Source: the human T2T-CHM13v2.0 reference genome, Homo sapiens. From it: a stretch of DNA of 64,000 nucleotides. The notes under the pieces were generated by a model, which was not told the origin of the DNA, did not search any database, and was given only the letters and a program-made list of their open reading frames with translations. Shown in pieces: positions 27,137 through 40,775 of this stretch (positions are counted from its first letter, which is position 1; every line of letters begins with the position of its first letter). Position numbers and translations under genes: made by a program. Location: the NCBI RefSeq assembly GCF_009914755.1, contig NC_060938.1, one strand, 5' to 3'.

Positions 27137-27599
27137 TAACAAAAAAATTAGCTATCTCCTGCAGAAGGGAGCAAATTCCATTTTTGAAAGTCATCTGCAC
27201 ATACTATTCATCTTACTTGTCCCTACCTTCAGTTTCGTACTTGAACTTTTAAGAATCACATACACAGCATAGAGTTTCATGAATCAGCAGAAGTCATTCA
27301 AGATCAGTGAGTTGTAGTCTTGGCAAATTCTCTCTTCCATCTTGGAAAGTGGCATACATTCCAAATTACTGTATAATATGTTTGTGTCTCTAAGAAGAGT
27401 GAGTCAGGAACTACCCTGGATGACAGAACAGAAAATCTACCATTTGCTGGTTTCTTTGTGTTCTTAGTGGCCTGCTTTGAGGTGCTTTTAACCCTTCTTT
27501 GAAAAGATTTAGTTTAGTTTCCACAGAACGCTATAATCCAGTGTAGCTATTTTTCTTTGTTATCCTTGCTATCACATTTTCCCTCTCATTAACCTTTTT

Positions 27600-28430
27600 T
27601 TTTTTTAAAGCAAACAGCTTTAGTGAGATATAACTTACATACCATACAATTCATTCATTAAAAGGTATAATTCAGTAGCTTTTAGTGTATGCACAGGACT
27701 GTAACCATCACCATAATCTAATTTTAGAATGCTTTCATCAGTACTAAAACCCCCTACTCATTAACAGTCATTCTCCATTCCCTACTTGATCCCTAAGAAA
27801 CCACGAATAGTTTTGTCTATAAATTTATCAATTCTGGAAATTTTACGTAATTGGAATCATATAATATGTAGTGTTTTGTGACCAGTTTCTTAACGTGTGT
27901 TCAGGGTTCATCCCTGTTGTACATGTGTTAATACTTTATTTCTTTTTATTGCTGAATAATATTCCATTGTATAGGTGTACCAAATTTGATTTATCCATTC
28001 ATCAGTTGAAGGACTTTGGGGTTGCTTTTGCTTTTTGACTATTATGATTAGTGCTGCTATGGACATTTATGTACAAGTTGTTGTGTGGGTATGTGTTTTC
28101 ATTTCTCTTGAGTATACCTAGGTAATTCTTTAAGTTTTTTAGGGACTACCAAACTTTCCCAAAGTGGCTGTATTGTTTTATATTCTTACTAACAATCTGT
28201 AAGGATTCAGATCTCTCTAGATCCTACCAAAACTTGTTACTGTCTTTTTGTTTATATATGTCCTAGTGGGTAGGAAGTGGCATCTCGTTGTGGTCTTGAC
28301 TTTCATTTCCCTAACAACTAATGATACTGAGCATCTTTTTGTTTGCTTGTTGGCCATTTGTTTATCTGTTTTGGAGAAATGTCTGTCCAAATCCTTTACC
28401 CATTTTTAAACTGGCTTAGTTGTCTTTTTG
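27600..28430 (-). mobile_element. L1MB-like 3' fragment
   Basis: cagctttagtgagatataacttacataccatacaattca...tgagcatcttttt...ttggagaaatgtct. Confidence 0.85.
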
Positions 28431-30706
28431 AGTTCATTAACCTTTTAATGTTCACTCTGATTTACTTTTAACTCAAAATGTTTTTTCTTTTTCTTCCATT
28501 TTGTTCAGAGACTGTTCGTTCTGTATTAAGCAGGATGGTTAAGAGGGTTTTCAAGCCCTTTTATGTTTTCTTGGCAACAGGTTCCATTAGCAACATACAT
28601 ACATGTGGATTACTTTAGATTGGAAAATGTACATCTACTGGTTATTGGAATAGATCATTTGTGGTTCATACTGGTTATATTAATAAAATGAACTCTGCTC
28701 CTTTCCCTACAAACCAGTAGGTAAAATGCTTGGCTTTGACTTTAATCCTAGCCTTTCATTTTACAGGTAAGGAAAAAAGACCTGGAGAAGTTGGGTCTTG
28801 TCTTAAGTTCACAACAGGTAGACCTGGACCATGACTTTAATTCAGCCCATTCTTAAGAACTATCAGTTGGTTTCACATCATGTGGCAGATATGTTAGATT
28901 GAAGGGATACCAAGGTAAGACAGGGTCCCTGATTTGGCGATCCTCACAAACTGTGTCACAAGAGATTGACATATACATAACTAATGGTAATACAGTATCA
29001 CAATTGCTGTGAATTGTGAACAAGGGTGTGTAGTCAGTCCAGTGCTCTTAACACTGCTCGGTGCTGACTGGGATTTTCACCTTACTTTCTTTTGCATATA
29101 GGCAGAATTAGATTCTTGAGTAGTTGATTTTGTTTGGGTCATTTAGTAAGAAATGATAACACAAATGCCATCATTCAAACCCTGAGATTACAGAAGAAAC
29201 AGACTTTAGAATCTTCAGGGTTTTGGACTAGAATCTAGAAGATAGTCTCATTAAGTGCATATTTTATATGTATTATTTTCTTAGCTTTTTTCATATATTC
29301 TTCAGTGGCGTATACATCAAGTTTTTTTCAGCTGAATTTGTGTTAGTATATTAAAAAAACAAAACTTTTCGGAAGACGTTTTATTTACATCAGTGATTTA
29401 TTTCATTACTACGTTTGTCCTTTGGATTTTTGGAAGTCATATTTCTTTTCACTTGACAGAGTTAGGCCATGGGATATGTATTTATAGTAATGTGTGAGTA
29501 TGTTTAGGTTTGATCTTTTATACTATTTTTATGGCATTTATATTTATGGCTGTGTTATTAGTCATTAAAGCAAATATTTTTCCACCTTAAGACTTCTTGT
29601 TTTGCACATGATTTATTCTGCAGTATGTGCTCTCTTTTAATTAGCAAAAAGGCATTTTTACAAAAATTACACTTTCCTTGCAACTTACTGGTTGTAAGGC
29701 CGTGGACAAATTATTTAATTTCACTTATCCTTGGTTTCCTTATATAATGATACAGTCAGTATCATTATACCTTTGTTTTATGGTTATCCTAAGAATTAGA
29801 GATAATGTGTTTAAGTTACCCAGCATATAGCTTGCCATATAGATGCTTGAATATTGATGGTATTAATTGTAATATATTAGTTCATTTATACATAAGAGCT
29901 ATAAATTCTAGTTAATGGTTAATCGATTCTTTGTGATATAGATTACTCATTTAGGATTAATTGAGCAAAAATAAGTGATCATATTAATGTAAGAACTTGA
30001 TATCAGTATTCATTTTCAGTTACTTGTCTTTTAGAGACTGTAGTACTTTAAAGACTAGAGACTATTGCTCTTTAAAGACTGACCTCATCTTTATCTTCAA
30101 AACATGAAGGTATGATCCTGTCTGCAGATTAAGGTATTGAGAGTTATTTTTCTATGTTGTCAATTGCAGTGTTTTAACTTGTGGCAGTTGACAGGGCTGA
30201 CTGTGTTGATCCTGATGCTTTAGAAGCACTGGTAAATTCTAGACTAATATTGGAAAGAATTACTTGACATTTTATTTACTAAAGTTCTTTTTGTTATTCA
30301 TGAAGAATTCTTAAAAAATACCTCAATTGAAAAATTAATACATGCACACAATAATAAATTTAGACAATATAAAAGAGCAAAGAATGAAAATTAAGCTTCC
30401 CACCCTTAAGGCATTCTCTGCTACTAATTGATTATATAGCCTCCTAGTAATGTGCTATATGTACACGCGTGGGGATACATTGTTGCACAGCTCCCAGGGG
30501 TGCAGTCATACATATTCAAGCATATGCAGCATATGTATAATGGTCCTTTTATATGAATAGGAATGTTCTCATACAAGGTTCTTTCCTTGTATTTTTCACT
30601 TAATGATATATCTTGGCGAATATTCCATGCCAATGTATGTAGAGCTACCTTATTTTTAAAACTGCCTAATATTCCATTCTGTGGATATGCCATGCTTCAT
30701 TTAATA

Positions 30707-30742
30707 TTATGTTGGTGCAAAAGTAATTGTGGTCCAACCTAA
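30707..30742. mobile_element. Collapsed MADE1 (Hsmar1-derived MITE) remnant, 36 bp
   Basis: TA|ttatgttggtgcaaaagtaattgtggt joined to ccaacctaa: one near-complete TIR plus the last 9 nt of the other. Confidence 0.8.
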
Positions 30743-31392
30743 AAGTCCCCTCTTGATGGTAATTAAGGATCTTTCTAGTCTTTTATTGTATATAATGCTG
30801 CAGTAACTATCCATGTATATTTGACAGTACGTGAGTATCCCTGCATGATAAATTACTGGAAGTACACTTTGTGAGCAAAAGGGAGTATGCATTTAAAATT
30901 TTGATAATGCCAAATTGTTATGCCTTTTTCCTCATACTCTTACCAACCCAGTGCATTTTCTTATTTTTTGAATATGACTAATGTGATAACTAAAAAATGT
31001 CATTTTAATTGTAAATTAAGTCTCATTGTAATTTTAATTTGCATTTTATTAATGAAGCTGAGTCTATTTGTTATTGATTTCCAGGATATATTGTTAGTGA
31101 AAGAAATCATGGTGAAGAACAAGGTGTATAATATTCTATCTCTCATCTAGGAAATGAGGGATGCAGATAAATGTATTTTATTTGTTATTTAAAAAGAGAA
31201 AACAGGAAGGATAACCCCAAAACTAGTGAAAGCCATTATTTGAGGGGAAAAATAATAAAGACGGAGGGGTAGAATCTAGGATTCTCTGAAGATACCTTAT
31301 ATTGTTTGGGCTTTGGAAATGTAAATGTTTTATACATTTTTAAAACTTAAAGAGGAAAATATATCAGTTAAATATTTAGGTTGACATTGTTA

Positions 31393-31740
<348 letters not shown>

Positions 31741-32000
31741 TCAAAAAACCTAGAAATAATATTTTAGTGCCCAGATTTTGGTCTCCGAGTACCACTTTCA
31801 ACTAAAAGGAAATAGGGCCCCTTGTAGAAGTGGCTGATTGTAGGCTTGAGACAGGAAAATGTACAGAAGGAACCTGGAACATTTTGTACTAGGAAAGCAA
31901 GGAAAAGCTCCAAGACTAGTAGGGTTGTATCAGGAAACAGTGGCCACATTGAAGGGGCCCCCGTTGTCCAGTGGGAAAGAAAAAAGAAATGAGCAGCCCC

Positions 32001-32471
32001 TGATGTTCAGAAGCCTCACCGGTAGGCCATGTTCTCCTACTAAACATAAGCGGTCTCACAGAATACCTTCAACAAAGTTTCTCAGAGATCATAATAAAAT
32101 GAGGCAAAGCATAGACAAAAACCAAGACCACTGTGCCACCTACAAAATACTTAGCCAAAATGAATGACTACCGCTGCTTTACCCATTACAGTTTTATCTT
32201 CATTCTCATCTCCCCTCCCTTAGGTAAGATTTATTGAGATACGTAACCACAGAATTACCCTACTTCCTGACAGCATCCAATGTAGAGAAACTCCTCCTTC
32301 TTTAGACCCTCCCCCAAATTACTAAACTGAGGCCCAAATTGTGTAATTGATTTTAACATCCTCTTACTGAGATGCCCCATGGTGCCCTGTGGTGTGTGTT
32401 CTCCCTCACTGCAATGAGTAATAAGCCTGTCTCGTTTAATTATTGGTGGTCTTGGCTGAAGGGCATTGATA
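32001..32471 (+). mobile_element. ERV1-class solo LTR (MER67/MER31-like) inside an L1M 3' region
   Basis: tgatgttcag...cttcctgacagcatccaat...tgttctccctcactgcaatgagtaataag...gggcattgata. Confidence 0.6.
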
Positions 32472-35339
32472 ACAGGTAGAGTAATTTGAGCAACAATATC
32501 AGTAACAAAAAATACAAGGAACAGATTAAGTGACAGTATAGGGTCACAATCAGCAAAATTCAAAATGGGAAATTTTACAGGACAAATGACAAGAAGAAGG
32601 ACAAAAAAGAGAACAGTGGCACTCAAAGAGACTCAAAGACACATCAGCCACGTGCATTGACTAGTATTTGGGTCCTGAGTCAAAGTCAACTGTGAGAAGA
32701 CATTCTTTGAGAAAACTGGATAAATTTGAACCCTTCTTATTAGATGACATTAAGGAATTACTGTTAATTTTGTTAGGTGTGGCAATAATATATGGTGGAT
32801 TTATTTTTAAAAAGTACCTGTTAAAAGTATTTACATATGAAATGATGTGTTGTCTGAGGTTTGCTTTAAAATAATCTTGGAAGGGGTTAGTAGAAACAAA
32901 CAAATTGGCCATGTGTTGTTGATAGTTGTTGAAATTAGCTGATGTTTAGGTGGACACTCATTATATCACTTCTCTACTTTATATGTATTTGAAAATTCTT
33001 CTAAGGAGAAGTTTTTTTCTTTAAAGCCATATTTATTTCTTTTTCTGTGAGTGTGCCTCTTCATATTCTTCCATTTTTCTGTTGGGCTTTAGTCTTATAA
33101 TTTAAAGGGTTCTTTAAATACTAAGAAAATTTGCCTTTAGTCATATGTTTTGCAGGTATTTTTAATTTGTCTTTTGAATTTGTTTATGGCTTTTTTTTAA
33201 TCTGTGGAGAATTTCTATTTTTATTTTGTTAAATTTATCAGTTTTCTTTATGGCTTGCGTGTTTTGTGTGTTTAGAAAAATCTTCTTGTCTCTGAGATTC
33301 TGAAAAGTTCTTTCATGTTTTCATGAATTTTTTTAATGACCACAGTACACTTCTGTTATACTTTATTTAGTCACCTTAATTTCCTCTTAGAGTATTTGGA
33401 AATATTCTCCCATAGAGCCCTGCCCCAAGACTATATAGGGAAAAATGTTGTTCAGTAGCTGTTCTATCAGATCTATTGATAGATTATTATATAGTGAACA
33501 TCCAGAGAATTAATTGTAAAAGTTTGCTCACTAATTTTGCTCCCTAAATAGAATGAATGAGAAATCTATTTACCAGATTTTGAAAATATGCTAAGTGTTA
33601 TGTAAAAGTATTAGCTATATAGTTCACAGTTTCTAATTTTAGAAAAGTTTCAGTGTTTGCTTTATATAAAGAAGCATTCCTTTGAGCTCTTCTCATGGGC
33701 CATAAGGTCAAGGAGCCAGGTGTCACCGCTTTTTGAAGTTGACATCTTTTGGCTTGCTCCTTTCCTAGGTCTGACTCTCTTGGATAGGCACAACAGTGAT
33801 TCTGTTTTCTGGTCTCTGTAGGAATGGATGTTACTGTAGTGTCTTCATCACTTTCGTTTCTGGGAGACCTGTTGAGACCCAGGAATGGATCCTTCTACCT
33901 ACTATCTCAAAAGTCAGAAACGGAAATACAGTTAAGGCTTCAGGGAATGCTTCCCTTGTAGGGGAAAGTGATAGCAGTGAGGTGTCTTGGGCTTGTGTTT
34001 GCAAATGTACCACACTGTGCATTCTCAGTTGAAAACTAACTCTGCAGTTAGTGTTTCTCTTTTAGAACTTTTAGAAGTTTTTTAAGGAATAAAAGTTGAG
34101 AAAGTACATTTGATACTATATTTTAAGCATTTTACTCACTATACCAAAACATTTTATAACCTAACGTTGATCACTTTTCTAATACAAGTAAAAAAATTTC
34201 TGACTAGGAAGAAATTTTTTCTTTTCTGAAGATAGCCACTTTCTTTTTCAGAGTTAGAAACGTGAGTCTTCACCTAGTTCTTTCCAGCTTAGGTGTGAAA
34301 ACATGACTAGTGTGACAATTGCTGCTAAAGATTGTATCACAGTTTGAGTTTAGCTTAATGTTTTTCAGGGATAAATCTATGAATTTATGGGATCATTATC
34401 TCTGGAGGTTCACTTCTATATCTCATGGTTTGTTGTGTTATATTTTGATACTTATTTTTTTAATGTTATAAAGGTACCATATAGCCATGAATTTTTTTAT
34501 ACTTTCATTGATATGCATAATTCTCCTCTGAGTGAAACCTGGGGACAGATTGGGTGTTCCTAACAGGAACCTGGGGGCAGTTTCCTTAGGTTTTTTATGT
34601 TTAGTGATTTTGGTCATAAGTGAATTTTAATATCTAATGAATATCCTTACAGTTCTGTCTCAATCATAGGATTTTTGGGATCAAAATGAAGAAAATATAT
34701 GAGGACCCTCTGTGTCACTGGGAAGTGGCTTTATAAACTCAAGATTCTGTATTTTATTTTTCAAATGATTTCTTAGCACTAATCAAATGCATTAATCAAC
34801 TTCTGATTAGCTGGCACATTTATAAGAGGATTGTCTTTAGATGTATTGCTTTCAAATTGTTCCTGATGTAATTTAGCAAAGGAGGTGATGGAGTTCTTTG
34901 TTGACTGACTATCTTTCGTTTGATTTTATTCTGACTTACTGTAGTTTGGCAGGAGGCCAGTTATACCAAAATATGTAATTACTTCTTAATCCCAAATAAG
35001 TTTGAAATATAAATGAGTCATTTTGTCTTAGGGATATGATGGGTTGGGAAAAAAGTGGTGTTTTTGGCTCCTCCTAAATCACTCATGAATTTATTTTTTA
35101 CCCAACTTCTAAAATGAACTGGAAAGGTCTTTTATTAAAATCCTCAGATACGGTAGACTTGTATGTAATAGAGCAATTAAAGTGAAAATGAATGACTTAA
35201 TGAAGAAAGTAAGATGTACCAGAATATCTAGGTCAGTGGGTCAGTCTGTGCATCACAGTACCCTGTGTAGCATGAAAATATAAAGATGCTGGGGCTGTTG
35301 TGGAGTAAGGCCTTTACTGTTCCAAAGTTCCACTGATAA

Positions 35340-36616
35340 TTAGGTTGGTGCACAAATAATTGCAGTTTTGGACTGTGAATTTTAAATCATTATAACTAGG
35401 CTCAAACACATCTTTATCAAAATAGGAGCCATTGCAGTCAACACATTTTTGCCAATGAGAAGTAAGTTAGTTTATTCCTGTAGTGTAAAAATCCGTGTTT
35501 TGGGATTCGATGAACTCTTGGAAAGCATTTTCTGCATCCTGCTGGTTGTGCAAGCGTTTTCCCTGCAAAAATTTGTTGATATGCTTGAAGAAGTGGTAGT
35601 CGGCTGGTGAGAGGTCAGGTGAATATGGCGGATGAGACAAAACTTTGTAGCCCAATTCATTCAACTTTTGGAGTGTTTGTTGTGCGACGTGCAGTCGGGC
35701 GTTACCCTGGAGAAGAATTGGGCCCTTTCTGTTGACGAATGCTGGCTCCAGGTGTTGCAGTTTTTGGTGCATCTCATCGATTTGCTGAGTGTACTTCTCA
35801 GATGTAATGGTTTCGCCAGGATTCACAAAGCTGTACTAGGTTAGACTGGCAGCAGACCATCAAACAGTGACCATGACCTTTTTTTGGTGCAAGTTTGGCT
35901 TTGGAAAGTGCTTTGGAGCTTCTTCTCAGTCCAACCACTAAGCTTGTTGTTGCCGATTGTTGTATAAAATTCACTTTTCATCACTATCCGATCGAGAAAT
36001 GGTTCATTGTTGTAGTGTAGAATAAGACAAGATGACACTTGAAAATGATGATTTTTTTTTTTTAATTTTTGCTCAGCTTATGAGGCATCCACTTATAGAG
36101 CTTTTTCACCTTCCCAATTTGCTTCAAATGCTGAATGACTGTAGAATGGTCAACGTTGAGTTCTTCGGCAACTTCTCTGTAGTTGTAAGAGGATCAGCAT
36201 CGATGATTGCTCTCAATTGATCGTTGTCAACTTCCAATGGCCAGCCTCTACCCTCCTCATCTTCACGCCTCTCATTTCCTTTGAAAAACTTCTTGAACCA
36301 CACCACACTGTATGTTCGTTAGCAGTTCCTGGGCCAAATGCGTTGTTGATGTTGTGAGTTGTCTCTGCTGCTTTACAACCCATTTTGAACTCGAATAAGA
36401 AAATTGCTCAAATTTGCTTTTTGTCTAACATCATTTCCATAGTCTAAAATAAACAAAATAAACAGCAAACAATAAGTCATTAGCCAAAAAACATAAAGTG
36501 AGAAATGTCCATTAAAATGATGTATAACATAACCACATTTATTTAAGAATGTATTATAATATCAAACAGCAAATTCCAACAATGCAAAAACCACAATTAT
36601 TTTTGCACTAACCTAA
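35340..36616 (-). mobile_element. Hsmar1 mariner transposon, essentially full length (1277 bp), inactive
   Basis: TIRs ttaggttggtgcacaaataattgcag... and ...ccacaattatttttgcactaacctaa|TA; mariner transposase remnants between them. Confidence 0.96.
35413..36440 (-). pseudogene. Hsmar1 transposase pseudogene (frameshifts and stops)
   Basis: ATG GAA ATG ATG TTA GAC AAA AAG CAA start at 36440; fragments WFKKFFKGNE..., NNEPFLDRIV, HPPYSPDLSPADYHFF (ORF 35467-35826); HDNARPH degraded to QGNARLH. Confidence 0.93.
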
Positions 36617-37399
36617 TAATTTTAATGTATAGTTAAGATAGATGTTACTGCCTTAGATGATGGATCGTTAGGCATTTGGCTTTATAATTTTGTTCTGAAT
36701 TTCCTAGCATTCACTGCAAAAGAGGTAACAGGAGTTTCATAGCTCTTGATATCTTAAACACTTGCATCATTGGAAGAGACACTTTTTTCCCTACCATGAA
36801 CCCTAGAGAGTTTGATTTTGTAGATGTCCACAACTGTTCACTATCTTTAATAAATACTTTTATTAAAGGCTTCAGAAACATTCTTTCCCTGGGAAGTTTT
36901 TTATTGATCCTTGTTTGAAGTTGATACATAATATTATATCATAACTGTGTGATGCTGTTTCTGCATATAGCTGAATGCAGCTTTTTGAGACTAAAGGTTG
37001 CATTTCCTTCATCTTTGAATTTCCAGCCCCTAGCACAGTTCCTGGCACATATTTTGGAGGTATTTTATAAATGCCTTTGGAAAAAAGGAGTTCAAGTGTT
37101 TAATTTCCTGGCAAACTAAATAGCTATAAAGAGAGAGCTTAGAAAGTCTAGAGTAAGAGATGATTAGCATGCTTCCTAGACCATCTGTCACTAATACCAA
37201 TTGTTTCTACTTGGCACTGCAGACTTGTTTTTTGAGGGGGAGGGCAGCTTGTGTAAAGTTAAAAAAAACAAAACAAAACAAAATACCAGAACTCTTAGGT
37301 TATTCTATACCCCTCTGTTTAGTGGCTAAAAAGTCATTGCTGTTTTCTAAAAAACATTGACATTCTTATTCAGTAAAGATAAATGCAATTATTGCTTTT

Positions 37400-39185
37400 T
37401 CCAATAGCAATACAGTTGTAATAACTGGTAGCTGTTTCTGCCTTGCCCCCTTACAATCTATTCTTGATGCGTCAACCAGAGTGATCCATTCAAAGTGCAA
37501 GTCAGAACATGTACACTCCTCTGCTCAAGACCTTCCAAGATTTCCCCATTCAGAGTTAACGTTGAAGTCCTTACAATAGCCTGAGTGTTGGGCATGTTCT
37601 CCACCTCTGTGCTTCTTTACATCTGACCCCAGCCATTGCTCTCCCCTGGCTAATTCTTCCTCAGCTGCACCAGTCCCCTTGCTGTTTCTAGAACAAGCTG
37701 GACATGTTCTTGCCTTAACGCCTTTGTAGTCGCTCCTCCCTCAATGTGGGATGCTATTCCTCTAGAGCATCTGTGTGGCTAGATTCTCTCACTTTTTTTT
37801 TTTTTTTTAACAAGTTTTTGCTTAAATGTCACTTTCTTGTGAGGCTTTACCAGACCATCTTTTTAAATTTCATTCCCTCCCGCCCCCAACTCCCTGTCCC
37901 TGCCTTTTTTTTTTTTCCTTAGCCCTTATACCATTGGACATATGACATGTTTTAATTTTTAGAAAATTATTTTTCTCTACTGAATAAAATATAAGCTCCA
38001 TGAAGGCAGGAGTTTTTGTCTGCTTTGTTCACTTTTTATTCTTGTCTTGTAGAACAGTTCCTGCACAGAGTGTGCTGTCAATAAATACTTGTTGAGTAAA
38101 CAAATTAATTAAGCAGGCAGTATGTATTGTAATAATGTAGAATTCCAATGGGACTCAGTATTGTTTTTATTTTAAATTTTAAGAGGGGTGTAGCATGGTA
38201 AAGTTTTTGTATTTCTTGTCAAAAAGTTGCAGACCATTCACTCTAATAGCACTACTAAATTACTGATATTTACATTAAAGGGAAAATAGGGTCTAGTCCT
38301 ATTCTCTACTTTTTAGGCACAGAATTTGATTCATTGCAAAACCATTCCTATCGTGAGGTGACTTGTGACAGAGGCACTACAGAAGCACTTAACATTTTGG
38401 ATTTGTATCAAGCTTATATAGTTTATAGATGGAATGTATTTTTAGAATGGACTAACACATTAGCAAAAAATATAACAAATGTAAAATCTTTGGTGAGAAT
38501 TAAGTCAGCAGGAGAATTTTTCTTGACTTAGGTGTTCAGTGCATGATTTTCAATTTGATTGAAGTGTTGTGAACTACAATGCAAGTATACAGCAAGTTCC
38601 AAACCTTGTAGAAATCCATTTACCCTGTGGTGAAATTCAGAGTCCTGACAGTAGCCTTCAAGGCCCTACTTGATCTCTTGCTCCTGTGCTAACCTTTGGG
38701 ACTTGATCTCCTGCTTCCCCCTTGCTCACGCCACACCAGCCACACTGGCATTCTTACTCTTTGGTTGCCAGGTGTGCTCCCACCTTAGGGTCTTTGCACA
38801 ACTCGTCCCTCTGCCTATACTCTCTGCCCAGATACTCACATGGTCCTCTTCCTCAACTCCTTCAAGTCCTTGTTCCAATGAGCAAAGTCCTTTCAGAGGA
38901 GGCTGACCATGACCACTCTGTTTCACTGCAAGCTTTCCCCTTCTACCTTCTACTCCCTATCCTCTATCTCCCTTTACCTGCTTTATGTTTTTAAAACATG
39001 ACTGGATTTTCTGAAATATTAGGTAACATATGCATTATTTGTTCTTTTTATCTGTCTCTTCCTGCCAGAATGTGTCAAAAGAGAAGGACCTTTGTTTTGT
39101 TCCTTGAGGTATAGCAAGTGCCTAGAACAGTGCTTGGCACATTGTAGATTATCAGTGACTATTTGTAGAGTGAGTGAATGAACAG
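37400..39185 (+). mobile_element. Two L2 3' fragments (~37400-38110, ~38620-39185)
   Basis: taagctccatgaaggcagg...aataaatacttgttga; cctagaacagtgcttggcaca...gtgaatgaa. Confidence 0.75.
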
Positions 39186-39434
39186 ACTATGTCATTACCC
39201 TTCATGAATTTACATAATCCACAGTTAACATTTATTTATTGCTGTGATAACTAGTAGATTTATGTAATTAGCATCTATAAGAATAACCTCTGAAAAAAAT
39301 ACCAATTGTAATGCTTTTCCAGTTGTGTGTGTATGGGGGCAGGAATGATTCTGTAGTCATCAGGAACACGTTGGTATTATCTTGATTCAACTTAATTTCT
39401 GCCTTTTTTATCTGCTGCATCTAGAAACTGTTTT

Positions 39435-39835
39435 CTTTTTTAAAAAATTGTGATAAGAAACATAGAAGATTTCCCATCTTAACCATTTTTAAGTGTACAC
39501 AGTAGCGTTAAGTGTATTCATATTGTTGTGAAGCAGATCTCTAGAACTTAATTTGCAAATTCGAAACTCTATATACCACTAAACAACAACTCTCTTTTCT
39601 CCCTCCCTCCAGCCTCTGGCTTATTTCACTTAGCATAACTGTCCTCAAGATTCATCTGTGGTGTAGTGTGTGTCAGAATTTACTTCTATTTTTCAAGGCT
39701 GAATAATATTCCATTGTATATACATGCCACATTTATTCATTCATCTGTTAATGGACACTCAGGTTGCTTCCACCTCTTACTATTATTGTGGATAGTGCTG
39801 CTGTGCACATGGGTGTACAGATACCTCTTTGAGAC
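39435..39835 (-). mobile_element. L1MA/MB 3' fragment
   Basis: ccatcttaaccatttttaagtgtaca...ggcttatttcacttagcataa...aaggctgaataatattccattgta. Confidence 0.8.
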
Positions 39836-40465
39836 TACAAACTTTTTCCTAGAGATCTGTTAACTTAAAGGAATAAACATCAATTATTTTTTCAAATAAA
39901 TGTCCTGAATTTCCAAAGATCTTAATTTTATTGAGTAGCACATTTTTAAATATATAATTTATTTTCACATAATAAAATTTGTATTTTGGTGTAAGCTGTG
40001 GAAATGTAGGTGGTCTGCTTTTTTAACATGATAAAACCCTGGAAAACTGTATATGATAAAGTGGAACAAGCTCCCTGAATGAAAGCTCATTTCATCTTGA
40101 AAAAAGAATTTACTGTATTCCTCAAATTGCCTAGGACTGTGAGTAGCCTAAATGGTAGACTGGAATCCAGGATACTACTGTATTTTGAAAGCAAAAGGAA
40201 GAGAATGTTTCAAGAAAGAAAGAATGAGCAGTGTTGAGTGCTTCTGGGCAGGCAAATGAGATGATTCAGTGTCAGCTAGATTTCATAGCATGGAAGTCAC
40301 TGGTGACCTCAGCAAGGGTTATTAGAGAGGAATCATGAAGGCGGATCTCGGAGTGAGTTGGATAAGTAGGTGAAAGGAAATATTGGCAAGTACAGACGAT
40401 TATTGAAATGGCAAGTACAGACATTTGGCATTGAAAGGGAAAAGAAAGGATGATAGCAGAGATAG

Positions 40466-40775
<310 letters not shown>

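Noticed and set aside
35467-35826. 119-aa transposase ORF as a functional or domesticated gene
   Set aside because: Fragment of a frameshifted Hsmar1 with two of three catalytic motifs destroyed and no true ATG start.
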